Source of the DNA: a virus
Lineage: Duplodnaviria; Heunggongvirae; Uroviricota; Caudoviricetes
Virus record (IMG/VR): IMGVR_UViG_3300029906_000160
DNA: 59,907 bases
Strand: one strand, 5' to 3'
This document shows positions 26,977 to 36,252 of this stretch, in pieces. A program made the position numbers and the translations under genes. Within the stretch, counting starts at the first letter, position 1; each line of letters opens with the position of its first letter. The notes beneath the pieces are model-generated. The model made no database searches and was not told the DNA's origin. It saw only the letters and a program-made list of their open reading frames with translations.

Positions 26977-27863
26977 TTAAAAATCTCCATAATACACTTG
27001 ACAAGATAATAAACCTTCTGAGCGTTCCATATCAATTACCTTTTGACGATCATCAAAGACTGCTATACAATAATATTTGTTGTATATTTCTGATTCAAAC
27101 AGCTCTTTTTTAATTACTTCATCTGGACGATAATCCTTCTCTTTTCGCATATAAAGCTGATATGGAATTCCAACATTATCGTTAAGCCATTTAGCTGTAT
27201 CTTGACGACATTGTTCTGTTCCTTCTCTACCTGAGAAAAAGATTATGTCTACAGATCCACTAAGAATTCTAAGCAAATCTATGAGAGGATCATTAGGTTT
27301 ATCTGCAAGAACTCTAGTTAAATCGTAAGGATTTCTACCTCCATTTAAGCACAATGTTCCGTCTAAATCGCAAACAATGCATTTTGGAAGAGTTTTATCC
27401 TGTTGTTTTATGTATCTATTATCCAATTTAATATCTTCTTTTAGATACCTATCGTAATAATACTGCTGATAAAATCGTTTGAGAACTTTTTCTCCAACAG
27501 ATCTTTCTCTATTTTTATCTCGTTCAAGAGCTTCTTTAAATGGAATATAAAATTCTTTAAATTCAATAAAGGAATTAGTTTCTTTTGCTAATTTATTCCA
27601 TTTATCTATAGTTTTAGGATTAAGATTTGTTGCGTCAATTATTACATTATACCCTCTTTTAATAGCAGCTCTTACAGAAAATTCTTCAAGATCACTTATA
27701 TAATCTTCCTGAGAGGGAATCCAATATTCACCTCTGCCTTCTCTTAAACTGTCTCTATTAACTATAACCCAATCCAAATTACTTTTAACGAATTTTCGAG
27801 CAAAGGTACTTTTTCCAGAAGCCGAATTTACGGAGGGCCCTGTAATACTAATATCTTAGACAT
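26977..27863 (-). CDS. pnk: Polynucleotide kinase-phosphatase (T4 PseT-like), interrupted after codon 11 by an 8-nt insertion; 292 aa if the gap is skipped
   Basis: MSKILVLQGPP[TAAATTCG]ASGKST P-loop, VNRDSLR, IIDATNL, HAD CDLDGTL, FDDR. Exons 27863..27831 and 27822..26977. Confidence 0.85.
27823..27830 (-). other. 8-nt coding gap TAAATTCG (in-frame stop first) within pnk P-loop codons
   Basis: Seen by comparison with the uninterrupted upstream duplicate at 28874-28918. Confidence 0.8.
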
Positions 27864-27873
27864 ACAGAGCCCT
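27834..27873 (-). promoter_or_regulatory. RNA hairpin covering the pnk start region
   Basis: AGGGCTCTGTA (27873-27863) pairs with TACAGGGCCCT (27844-27834) over 11 bp with one G-U; inner CTAA-GATA-TTAG stem. Confidence 0.7.
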
Positions 27874-27881
27874 CCTAGTAT

Positions 27882-28769
27882 TTAATTTATTTTGTTTCAT
27901 TTTCTATTTAATATCTGTAAATTATTCTTTAGTATAAATTGTTTAAGAAATTGTAAATTACTTTGTTTACCAGTTCTAATGCAAATGGTGTCTGTATTAT
28001 TAATATAATTTATATGAAAATCCATATTAATTTTATTTATTAGACTATTATAAAAATTTTCCCAATTTTTATGTGCTGTTATTGAAACATAAAGTGCGTT
28101 TCCAGATTTGGATATACAACCATCTCCATCAATAATTCCAATAAGTAATGCTAATAATTGTTCTTTTGAATAATTATCAAAACTACTAAAATCGCAAGGA
28201 TCATAAGTTTTTCTATAATTAAATCCAAAAAATTGCATAAATTTTGGAATAGAATTTCTATTAGAAAAAGATATTCTATAGCTTTTTGTAGACTGACGAT
28301 GTTTAATAGCTTTATTATAATTAATATATTCTTTAAATCTTTCTAATTGTTCTAAATCAGATTCTTGTAACCCTAATTCAAATCTAAATTTCGAGAAAGA
28401 TCCATCGGCAAGAATAAATCCAACTCAATAAAAAGATTGTAAAGATAAATCTAATAATTTATCTAGACTATTTTCTGCTACATTATTAGAAGTTATATGT
28501 AGTTCTCCTACTTTAAATTTTCCAGAATTGTTGGAACAAGATAAACATTTTGTATTATGTTTAGTTGCCCAATTTAAATCACTTTTTCTTTTATAATAAA
28601 TTAATTTTCCACATTCTGGACACGGACGATTATATTCTCCAGCTTCGCCTTTTACTAAATCTTTACAATTAGAGCATAAGGAATTTTCTTTTTCTGCTTT
28701 TTCTCAACTTCATTTTTGTTTATATACAATTTCTTTATTACATCTTGGACAAATATGAATATATTCCAT
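27882..28769 (-). CDS. Free-standing LAGLIDADG homing endonuclease with two N-terminal Zn-ribbon repeats, 295 aa
   Basis: CPRC..CSNC and CPEC..CLSC; motifs YWVGFILADG and LLIGIIDGDG; TGA=W. Confidence 0.87.
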
Positions 28770-28826
28770 AAAATTTTTTGTATTAGCAATTAATAAAATC
28801 TTTTAAATTTAAAATCTTTACTAATA

Positions 28827-28858
28827 CAAAGTTAAGTAAAATTTTATTAATTTCCAAG
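28827..28858 (-). promoter_or_regulatory. Bacteroidota sigma70-type promoter
   Basis: CTTG-N20-TAACTTTG upstream of the LAGLIDADG ORF. Confidence 0.65.
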
Positions 28859-28918
28859 GATTTCCATGAAAATTTTTCCACTAGCTGGAGGACCCTGAAG
28901 TACTAATATCTTACTCAT
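28847..28918 (-). pseudogene. Orphaned 5' remnant of pnk (23 aa)
   Basis: MSKILVLQGPPASGK, then unrelated IFMEILGN-stop. The first 15 aa are identical to the downstream pnk copy. Confidence 0.85.
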
Positions 28919-29549
28919 CTTGTTTTACAGATTTAATATAATATTCATATCGTCCCTTATTCTTTTCATAAAACTGATTTCAAATCTGATTTATAAAAGC
29001 AATTCGTCCGTCGACATCAGAATTAGCAATATCCTGATAATATTTGTTTGCTTCTTTAAAGTCAGTAATTTTATGAAAGTCAATTATTTGTTGTGTGAAT
29101 AAAATATCTTTAATAAAATACCAAACTATTTTTGAATCAGTAATATAATTAATAATTGCTGCTTTTCTAATCATTAAATCTTTAATAAGTTTAATTAAAT
29201 CTGTTTTTAGAATTAATTTTACATATTCTTTTTTAATGAATTTTTTATTTAAACAAGCACATTCCCAAGCTGGTATTTTATTATCAAGAACCATTTTAAA
29301 CCAATTCTGAATAAAAACAAACATAAAATCAGAATTTTCATATTTAATATTTTTACGATCGTTTATATATCCAGAATTATATTCATAAGAGAGATATTCT
29401 TCTGGAAGTTCATATTCAGAATCAATTATAACTAAATAATCAATATCACTATCTTTTGTATTCAATCCATAAATAGAAGATTCTCTTTGGTATATGTAAT
29501 ACACTTTAGGATCTTCTATTAAATGTTGAAGAAATTTATTAGTTTCCAT
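28911..29549 (-). CDS. Nucleotidyltransferase-like protein, 212 aa
   Basis: RESSIYG...SDIDY resembles the GS..YG..SDxD Pol-beta superfamily motif. Extended through a TGA to TAA 28911. Confidence 0.6.
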
Positions 29550-29988
29550 TATCTTCAGCTACCTTTTCTTGAGCTGCTTCAAACTTTTGTTCTGTTGTTT
29601 TAGGTTCTGCATGGTTTTTAATCCATTCTTTAATCCTAGATATATTTGAAATTTGATAATTTTGAAATATTTGATAAATAATGTGATCTACTTCATTTAC
29701 TTCAACAGGATTAAGATCAATTGGATAATCAACGTCATTTATACACATTACATAAGCTCGCTTTGTAGGTGTATCCTTATCTTTGGGAAATAACCTATAA
29801 AAGTTATCTACTGTAAATGGAAATTTAAGAGACATTTCTATTTTTGCAGACTCTTTAATATCAAACCACTTGATATCTACATAATCATATTCGTTATCGT
29901 TTTGCTTATCAAACTTATAAGTTATACGACCTTCACATATATAATGTGGAACACATTTAGTAAGTAAATCAATAAATAACTGTTTCAT
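29539..29988 (-). CDS. Hypothetical protein, 149 aa
   Basis: Track ORF. Confidence 0.7.
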   Translation of the reverse strand: MKQLFIDLLTKCVPHYICEGRITYKFDKQNDNEYDYVDIKWFDIKESAKIEMSLKFPFTVDNFYRLFPKDKDTPTKRAYVMCINDVDYPIDLNPVEVNEVDHIIYQIFQNYQISNISRIKEWIKNHAEPKTTEQKFEAAQEKVAEDNGN

Positions 29989-30000
29989 ATTATTTTTTTA

Positions 30001-30825
30001 TTAATTATTATCCTCAATATTATCTTCTCCTGCATCTAACTGTTGCTGCTCTTTATTTAAGAATGCAAATGCTTTAAGTTTTACAGCTGCAGGAATCATA
30101 TCTTCTTTCTTAATTACTATTCCTTCGTGAGGAACTTTATTAGTACAATCTGGAGAGTTTAATTCCATATAGAAGTTCTTATCATTAGCAAGTCTATCTA
30201 TAAAGTTTTCCTGCCAATGCTCCTGCTCATTAAGATCCTTATATAAATCTTTAGCATATCCATAATAAAGTTCTTCTACTGAAATTAAACCATTAGTTTT
30301 ACACCATTGTTGAACTTCTCGTGCAGAAAATTCATGGACTTGTCCATCTACATTAGTTAAAGTAATTCTATATATTCTTACTTTAAAATTAATTTCTGGT
30401 TTATAATCTTGTTCATTTTTCGGAGGAATACATTCATAATCATAATTCTTTTGAATATAACCTCCATTTGGAAGAAAACCAACTATCTCATAGTATGCAG
30501 TCATTCCCTTCTGTAAAAACGGTTTAACATAATCATCTGCATATTTCCATACATCACAACCATAAAATCCTTTACTAACCGTTTTGTTATAGTTAGCATT
30601 TTTAATTACAGATCTAGATGCATAAAGATAATCATAATCTATGTCATATTTCTTCCAGAATTTATACCATTTAACTGGTTTCTTACATAAAACATAAGCA
30701 GAAATTCCTGATGTATTATGAATTAATATTCCATTTGCAAAAAAATTATGTGTAGAATTAACTGTTAAATCGTAACGATCTTTAGTTGGAATTTTCTTTA
30801 TTGATTTTATTTTCAGATATTGCAT
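30001..30825 (-). CDS. C-terminal split-intein fragment (37 aa) fused to the C-terminal half of an Rnl2-type RNA ligase
   Basis: MQYLKIKSIKK...YDLTVNSTHNFFANGILIHN|T (intein blocks F/G). The extein has YYEIVG, FKVRIY and HEGIVIK ligase motifs. Confidence 0.9.
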   Translation of the reverse strand: MQYLKIKSIKKIPTKDRYDLTVNSTHNFFANGILIHNTSGISAYVLCKKPVKWYKFWKKYDIDYDYLYASRSVIKNANYNKTVSKGFYGCDVWKYADDYVKPFLQKGMTAYYEIVGFLPNGGYIQKNYDYECIPPKNEQDYKPEINFKVRIYRITLTNVDGQVHEFSAREVQQWCKTNGLISVEELYYGYAKDLYKDLNEQEHWQENFIDRLANDKNFYMELNSPDCTNKVPHEGIVIKKEDMIPAAVKLKAFAFLNKEQQQLDAGEDNIEDNN

Positions 30826-31903
30826 AATCTAATAATTCTTTTTTTATTTTTTCTAATTCTATTTGATTAATGATTTCTGATTCTCAATAATATTTAATTT
30901 GAAATCCGTTAGTAATAGCTAGATTTTCTTTTATTTTATCTTTTTTTCAAATATCTTTTGCTAATACACCGTTCGTTCCTGGAAATTTAAGAATATCATT
31001 TTCTTTATATTTTCGAGGATCTGCGTGTCAAAATGTTCCATTTAATTCAATTAGAATATTTCCGATTTTAAAATCATAATATCGCGGTTGAAAATCAGTT
31101 TCTCAAAGAATATATTCAGATTCAAATTCAATATTAGAAATTTTTAAGAATTCTCCAATAATTCGATTTAAACTAGATATTGATGCTGATTTAGAATCAT
31201 AATGTTTACACATTGTTTGAATGTGTTCTTCTCATTTTTTAGAAGCGTCTTCTCCATATTTTTCAACGTAATATTCGTATCGATTACTTTTACCTCGATC
31301 ATATCTAATTTTATTTCATATATTAATACCTTTTTCTTCACCATAGCGTCTAATACAATATTCTTCGGTTACCTTAAATAAATCTGACTGTGCAGGATGT
31401 TCAACACCATATTTTTTAAGTAATGTTTGTTTACTTTTTTCTTGAACATCCTTTCGTTGAAAAACATTTGTAATACCCTCTTCTTCTAATAAACGTTGTT
31501 CTCACTTTTTTCTAGATTCTGATTCTTTACAAAAATTATGAGGACATCCATATCGTTCTAAATTTGTTTCTTTTCTTCTCTCTTTTGTTTTAGAATTAGA
31601 ATTGGCACGTTTAATAGAAGTATCAATACCAAACTCCTTAAAAATCTCTCTAATATTATTATCTCCAATAGTATATCCATCAGTTAATGGAATATACTTT
31701 TTACAAAATTCTATAACACTTCCTAAAGAATCTAATTCTTGTTCTAACGTTTCTTTTGTTCAATGAAACTGTTCTATAAATTGATGTTTACTTTTACATT
31801 TAATATTATGTTTAAACATCGCTGTCTTTGGATTCTTACTATTATTTGAATCATAAATTCGTCCACAATAAGGACAAGTTAAACTAATAAATTTTTTACT
31901 CAT
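30782..31903 (-). CDS. Vsr/DUF559-like homing endonuclease, 373 aa
   Basis: YDFKIGNILIELNGTFW(TGA)HADP, KDKIK, YYWE. N-terminal CPYC and LERYG/LKKYG repeats. Confidence 0.82.
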
Positions 31904-31931
31904 ATTTTTATAGATTTTAAAATTAACATTA

Positions 31932-31963
31932 CAAATATAAGTAAAAAATTTCATGAATCCAAA
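31932..31963 (-). promoter_or_regulatory. Bacteroidota sigma70-type promoter
   Basis: TTTG-N20-TATATTTG between the IntN stop and the endonuclease ATG. Confidence 0.78.
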
Positions 31964-31970
31964 TAATTTT

Positions 31971-32912
31971 TTAGTTATCTGAAAATAAAACTGTATCTCC
32001 TTCTATAAGTTCATCGACTCTTCTGTAACAATTTAATTCTGGAAGCCAAACTGGATTATTTCCAGTAATTTCAATTTTTTGTCCATTTTCTAATTCTATT
32101 TCATACCAATCTCCATCATTTTCTTTTAAATAATAATTATCGATTGGAACAAAAACCTTTTGTTGTGTTTCTATGTCAAATGCTTCAATCAATATATTTA
32201 ATTTATTATCAACAATTTCTTTAATTGTTTTCTTTCCTAAATTAGTATTAATTATAGTATTTGCATCAACACAGCCATGAATTTTGCTTGTAATAGAAAT
32301 TAAATCATCTGGCTTAATTGGATTTACAAGCTTTTTAAGTATAGCGGTTTCATAATGAAATCTAAATTGAGTATCTATAACTCTATTAAATTTCTTTACT
32401 TTCTTTTGATAACGAGATTCTTTAGCTGTATGCGAGATTTCAGTTTTAATTATATATTTCTTACATATCCAAAGAACTTTATCTCCACATTTAATAGAAT
32501 CAAATTCAGTATTAATCTGAGGTTCAATTGTTTGAAGAGTATTATCTATAAGAAAGTTATTAAAAATATTCCATTCAAGTAAAAATCCTTCCGAAACTAC
32601 TCCACGAAGTTTAATAGCCTTTACTCGTCCATTATCTTCAAAAAATCCCGCTTTAGTTTCTGGTTCATTGTTCTTTTCAGTATGCCTATAAAGATTTCCA
32701 TAAGCTAAGAGTTGAGGATTTATTTCACAAGAAGTTGGAAAGTAAACATAAATTCCTGGTTCAGAATCAATACCCACAACAATATTAAATCCATCTACAT
32801 GAGCTAATTTTAATTTAGTTGTTTCAGGATCTGGATGAGGTGTAAAATTTTGTATATCTATTATTTTTGCTAAATAATTAATATTAGCATTTTTTGACTT
32901 TACAAATTTCAT
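31971..32912 (-). CDS. N-terminal half of an Rnl2-type RNA ligase (213 aa) fused to an N-terminal split-intein fragment (100 aa)
   Basis: PHPD...LKLAHVDG and KLRGVVSEG motifs. Motif I ITSKIHG is followed by intein block A CVDANT (Cys codon 32273) and then TAA. Confidence 0.9.
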   Translation of the reverse strand: MKFVKSKNANINYLAKIIDIQNFTPHPDPETTKLKLAHVDGFNIVVGIDSEPGIYVYFPTSCEINPQLLAYGNLYRHTEKNNEPETKAGFFEDNGRVKAIKLRGVVSEGFLLEWNIFNNFLIDNTLQTIEPQINTEFDSIKCGDKVLWICKKYIIKTEISHTAKESRYQKKVKKFNRVIDTQFRFHYETAILKKLVNPIKPDDLISITSKIHGCVDANTIINTNLGKKTIKEIVDNKLNILIEAFDIETQQKVFVPIDNYYLKENDGDWYEIELENGQKIEITGNNPVWLPELNCYRRVDELIEGDTVLFSDN

Positions 32913-32914
32913 AA

Positions 32915-33085
32915 TTAATTAAAAAAGAATTTTTCGTAATAGTCATCGTACTCTGACATATACTCGTCTTTGACTTCTATTTTTTCTTCACCATTTTCAG
33001 AAATAGTTGTTATTTTCCAATTATTTCCGTATTTAGCGTTCATAATATCTTCTGCTTTAATCGCAGCATTTTCTATCTTACTCAT
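32915..33085 (-). CDS. Small acidic hypothetical protein, 56 aa
   Basis: MSKIENAAIKAEDIM...; fills the gap between genes. Confidence 0.55.
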   Translation of the reverse strand: MSKIENAAIKAEDIMNAKYGNNWKITTISENGEEKIEVKDEYMSEYDDYYEKFFFN

Positions 33086-33839
33086 TATTTTTATTTTTAA
33101 TTAATTCATCATACAATTCTACAGCTTCATCATATTCTTCATATCTTTCTGGTTTAATATAGCTTTTAGATAACGCGAAAAATTCTGTATCTTTATTATT
33201 TTTACTCTGAATCCACTTACCACAATCAGCTACAGTTTGTAGTAAATCTCCAGCATGTTCTCCATAAACATACGTTAAAAGACTTTCCCAATAATGATCT
33301 GGAGAATCTGTTTCTAGTTTACATTCTGGATATAACCAAAAAGATAAAGATAATCCAAAAGCAACTATCGTAAATTGAGGTGGAAATTCATATCTAAAAT
33401 CATAAGCATGCCATTTTGTTTTCCATATTAAATCATGATTAAATATGTAAAATCCCATCCAAATCGGAAAATGTATATATGCTTTAGCTATCCTTAAACC
33501 AAATTTTCTAAATAATCTACGATATTTACTTTTCCAAACTACATCCCAAGGCTTTAAGTTACCTGGAAGTTTATGCACAGACGATTCGTAATAATCAAAT
33601 TGATAAATTGTACCGTCAGGTTTTAAATCGCCCTTACTATGTATTTTAACTGGAACTTGATTATAAATTTGATAACATTTTGAATTCGCTTTATAACTAG
33701 AACCTCCAATTCGCCAAATAGGACCTCTTCTCCAAACTGGAAGACATGGATCGTTTTTCCACTTACCAAAATACCAATATAATTTAGGCTTTACGAATAC
33801 ATCTTTAGCTTTATTATATGTTTGATATAATTTTAACAT
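33078..33839 (-). CDS. Hypothetical Trp-rich protein, 253 aa
   Basis: Track ORF; all 12 Trp codons are TGG. Confidence 0.8.
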   Translation of the reverse strand: MLKLYQTYNKAKDVFVKPKLYWYFGKWKNDPCLPVWRRGPIWRIGGSSYKANSKCYQIYNQVPVKIHSKGDLKPDGTIYQFDYYESSVHKLPGNLKPWDVVWKSKYRRLFRKFGLRIAKAYIHFPIWMGFYIFNHDLIWKTKWHAYDFRYEFPPQFTIVAFGLSLSFWLYPECKLETDSPDHYWESLLTYVYGEHAGDLLQTVADCGKWIQSKNNKDTEFFALSKSYIKPERYEEYDEAVELYDELIKNKNNE

Positions 33840-33950
33840 ACTTTAAAATTTTGACTATTTTTAGCCGATTTAACAGGATTATAAAATAAAATGGATAACT
33901 TATACAACTTTAATCTTAAAGCCGCTCAAAAACGATTTTAGATAGCAAAT

Positions 33951-34370
33951 TTACGAATTTATAAAGTCAAGTATAAGTTGTGAATTTACTTTTTGTCCAA
34001 ATTGACTTTCGCAAGAATCTTGAAATTTCTTAAAATTCTTTTTAGACTTTTCTATACTAAGAGTATTTAAATAAGTAATTACATCTTTATCTGCAGGAGC
34101 TGTAGGAATAAACTGTTTAAGAATATTCATTTCTGCAACTTCTTGCATGTAAAGATCTGATCCTTGCTCATAGAATTTAGAATTTTCCTCTCGTTCTTTA
34201 TATAGAGACTTAAGTAATTCTACTTCTGATTTCTTAGGATCCTTTGAATGAATATAATTAAAGTCACTTTTAATATTTCTCAAAGCTTGCAATTGTCTTA
34301 CATCTTGAGTATATCCAAGTCGCATTTGTACTTGAATTTGTGTATCTATATAATCCGTAAAATTACTCAT
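33951..34370 (-). CDS. GatB/YqeY-like domain protein
   Basis: Helical pattern LQALRNIKSDF...KEREE...EMNILKQFIP resembles YqeY. Confidence 0.55.
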   Translation of the reverse strand: MSNFTDYIDTQIQVQMRLGYTQDVRQLQALRNIKSDFNYIHSKDPKKSEVELLKSLYKEREENSKFYEQGSDLYMQEVAEMNILKQFIPTAPADKDVITYLNTLSIEKSKKNFKKFQDSCESQFGQKVNSQLILDFINS

Positions 34371-34623
34371 AAATTTCTAATCTATCACAAAGTCCTTCAA
34401 AAGTTAAATCACATTCATCAAATAAAAAAGTTTCTATCAAATCACATTGATCATTAGTAAAAATTTGTTCGAACAATTTTCTAATTATATAATTATAATC
34501 GTGATAAAAACTTTCTTTATTTGAGTTATATAGACAAATTCCAAAATTCATATCGAGAAGTCTTACTTGATTTTCAGCTTCTCGATATGTATCTAGAATT
34601 AATTTGAGTTCTCTTTTTTTCAT
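34363..34623 (-). CDS. Hypothetical protein, 86 aa
   Basis: Track ORF. Confidence 0.65.
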   Translation of the reverse strand: MKKRELKLILDTYREAENQVRLLDMNFGICLYNSNKESFYHDYNYIIRKLFEQIFTNDQCDLIETFLFDECDLTFEGLCDRLEIYE

Positions 34624-34624
34624 A

Positions 34625-35830
34625 TTATAAATCTATTCTAACAGATTTAAATACAGGCTGGAGAGGTACACCTTCATCAGATAAGTAAAAGAACGTACAA
34701 TCTGCCTTTTTACCTATTAATTCGTTCATATGAGCCATATAATTTTCTTTTACTTCACGAGAGCCCATTGGTTTAGCTAAAAACTCAATATTACCTTGAG
34801 TTTTCATTTTAAATACCATATCTTCAACTCCACGAAGTCCTAGCTCATATCCAACTATAGTAAAAGTTTCTTCTTGTCTTTCTTTTACTTTTATCATATT
34901 GTTGGTTCTTCCCCCATATTTATAATTCTTAGATGGATCTCGAATTACAAGTCCTTCCCAACCTTCGTTAACATATTTATCATGTAATTTTTTGATATTA
35001 TTCCATCCAGATACTTTTTCTTGGGGAACCATTTGAATACGTAAATCATCAGGATTCCATTCTCTTTCTGGTTCAAATCCAAGATTAAGTTCTTCCTTAA
35101 TCATTTCAAGTTCTTTAAGACGATCTTCAAACTTTTTATCTGATGTCATAGTATCATATATATAATATTCTAAGTCATATTTTCCATCACTAAGTTCAGT
35201 TCTTATACAACCAGATATTTGTTGAAGAGATAAACCAAATTTATACATTTCTCCATCAAGTATTATATCTGGATGTTTCTTAAAGAACTCTATAAATTTT
35301 GGATGATTTATAAAGTCTTGACATGCTGCATCATAATCTCCTCCACCTCGACTAGCAGTATGTATTTTATCATCTTTCCAATAAAAGCTGCATCTACAAC
35401 CATCTATCTTTCTGCTAGCTCACCAATAATCTAATCTATCAAAAATACTTGTTGCTACATCATTTGAAGATTTAGCAAGCATGTGTTTTTTAAATCCATT
35501 TGAATCAGTTTGGTCTTTAGATAAAACTTCATCTGGATTAAATTCATCAAGACTAGAATAGCCAAGATCTTTTATGTTTTTATATCCTTTATCAAGATAT
35601 TTCTTTACATTAGACTTATATTGTAGCAAAGCTTGTTCTGTAACTGTTCTTGATGCCAATCCGCGCTTAATTTCAATTACTGGTTGCTCAGAAATCTTTC
35701 CATCTTGTATTCCAGTCTTTCTTTGAATTAAATATGCGTGTAAATCATCATTCCAATCCAAGCTAATATCTACAACTCTAATTTTACCAAGACTATCTCG
35801 ATTAATTAAAATATCGTGTTCTTTAGCCAT
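34625..35830 (-). CDS. ATP-dependent DNA ligase with N-terminal WGR-like extension, 401 aa
   Basis: MLAKS, SRKIDG, ILDGEMY, WEGLVIR and MIKVK motifs. Two track ORFs joined through TGA. Confidence 0.9.
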
Positions 35831-36165
35831 TACTTAAAAGTTAATAGCATTAATTCAAGAGTTTTAATAAAAAGTTCTTTATAACAATTATTAGTTTGTT
35901 TTGAATTATCTTTTGTATAACAAACTTTATCAGTTTTAATTCTATGTAAAAGAACTTCAATTAATTCTTTATCTGTAATTCCAGAATTATACCAATCATC
36001 ACCATTTACGTCAGTTTCACATACTTCTGTAAAATGTAAATAATGATACTTATTGTCTGGAATATCATCAAAATATTGCTGTAGAAAGTACTCTTCCCAA
36101 TTAGGATTTTTAGTAACATCCTGAGTAACTTCTTCTAATAATTGATCACACATTATTATATCCAA
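35830..36165 (-). CDS. Hypothetical protein, 111 aa
   Basis: Track ORF. Confidence 0.65.
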   Translation of the reverse strand: MDIIMCDQLLEEVTQDVTKNPNWEEYFLQQYFDDIPDNKYHYLHFTEVCETDVNGDDWYNSGITDKELIEVLLHRIKTDKVCYTKDNSKQTNNCYKELFIKTLELMLLTFK

Positions 36166-36252
36166 AAATATGGAAAAGCATAAGATATTTGACTTAACTT
36201 ATATCTACACTTTTCCATAAATAAAATTATATTAGCTATTATTAATCTCATA

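Noticed and set aside
27834-27840. -1 frameshift at G_GGC_CCU as the main pnk rescue
   Set aside because: It fits X_XXY_YYZ formally, but Y=C is atypical and the product GPSVNSASGK distorts the P-loop spacing. Kept only as an alternative.
27864-28873. Group I intron explanation for the pnk interruption
   Set aside because: No P/Q/R/S core elements and no room for them: the promoter and endonuclease ORF fill the interval. No junction gives both a 5' exon U and a terminal G in frame.
30826-31970. Group I intron explanation for the RNA ligase interruption
   Set aside because: No ribozyme core; the flanks are clear intein N and C blocks with their own stop and start codons.
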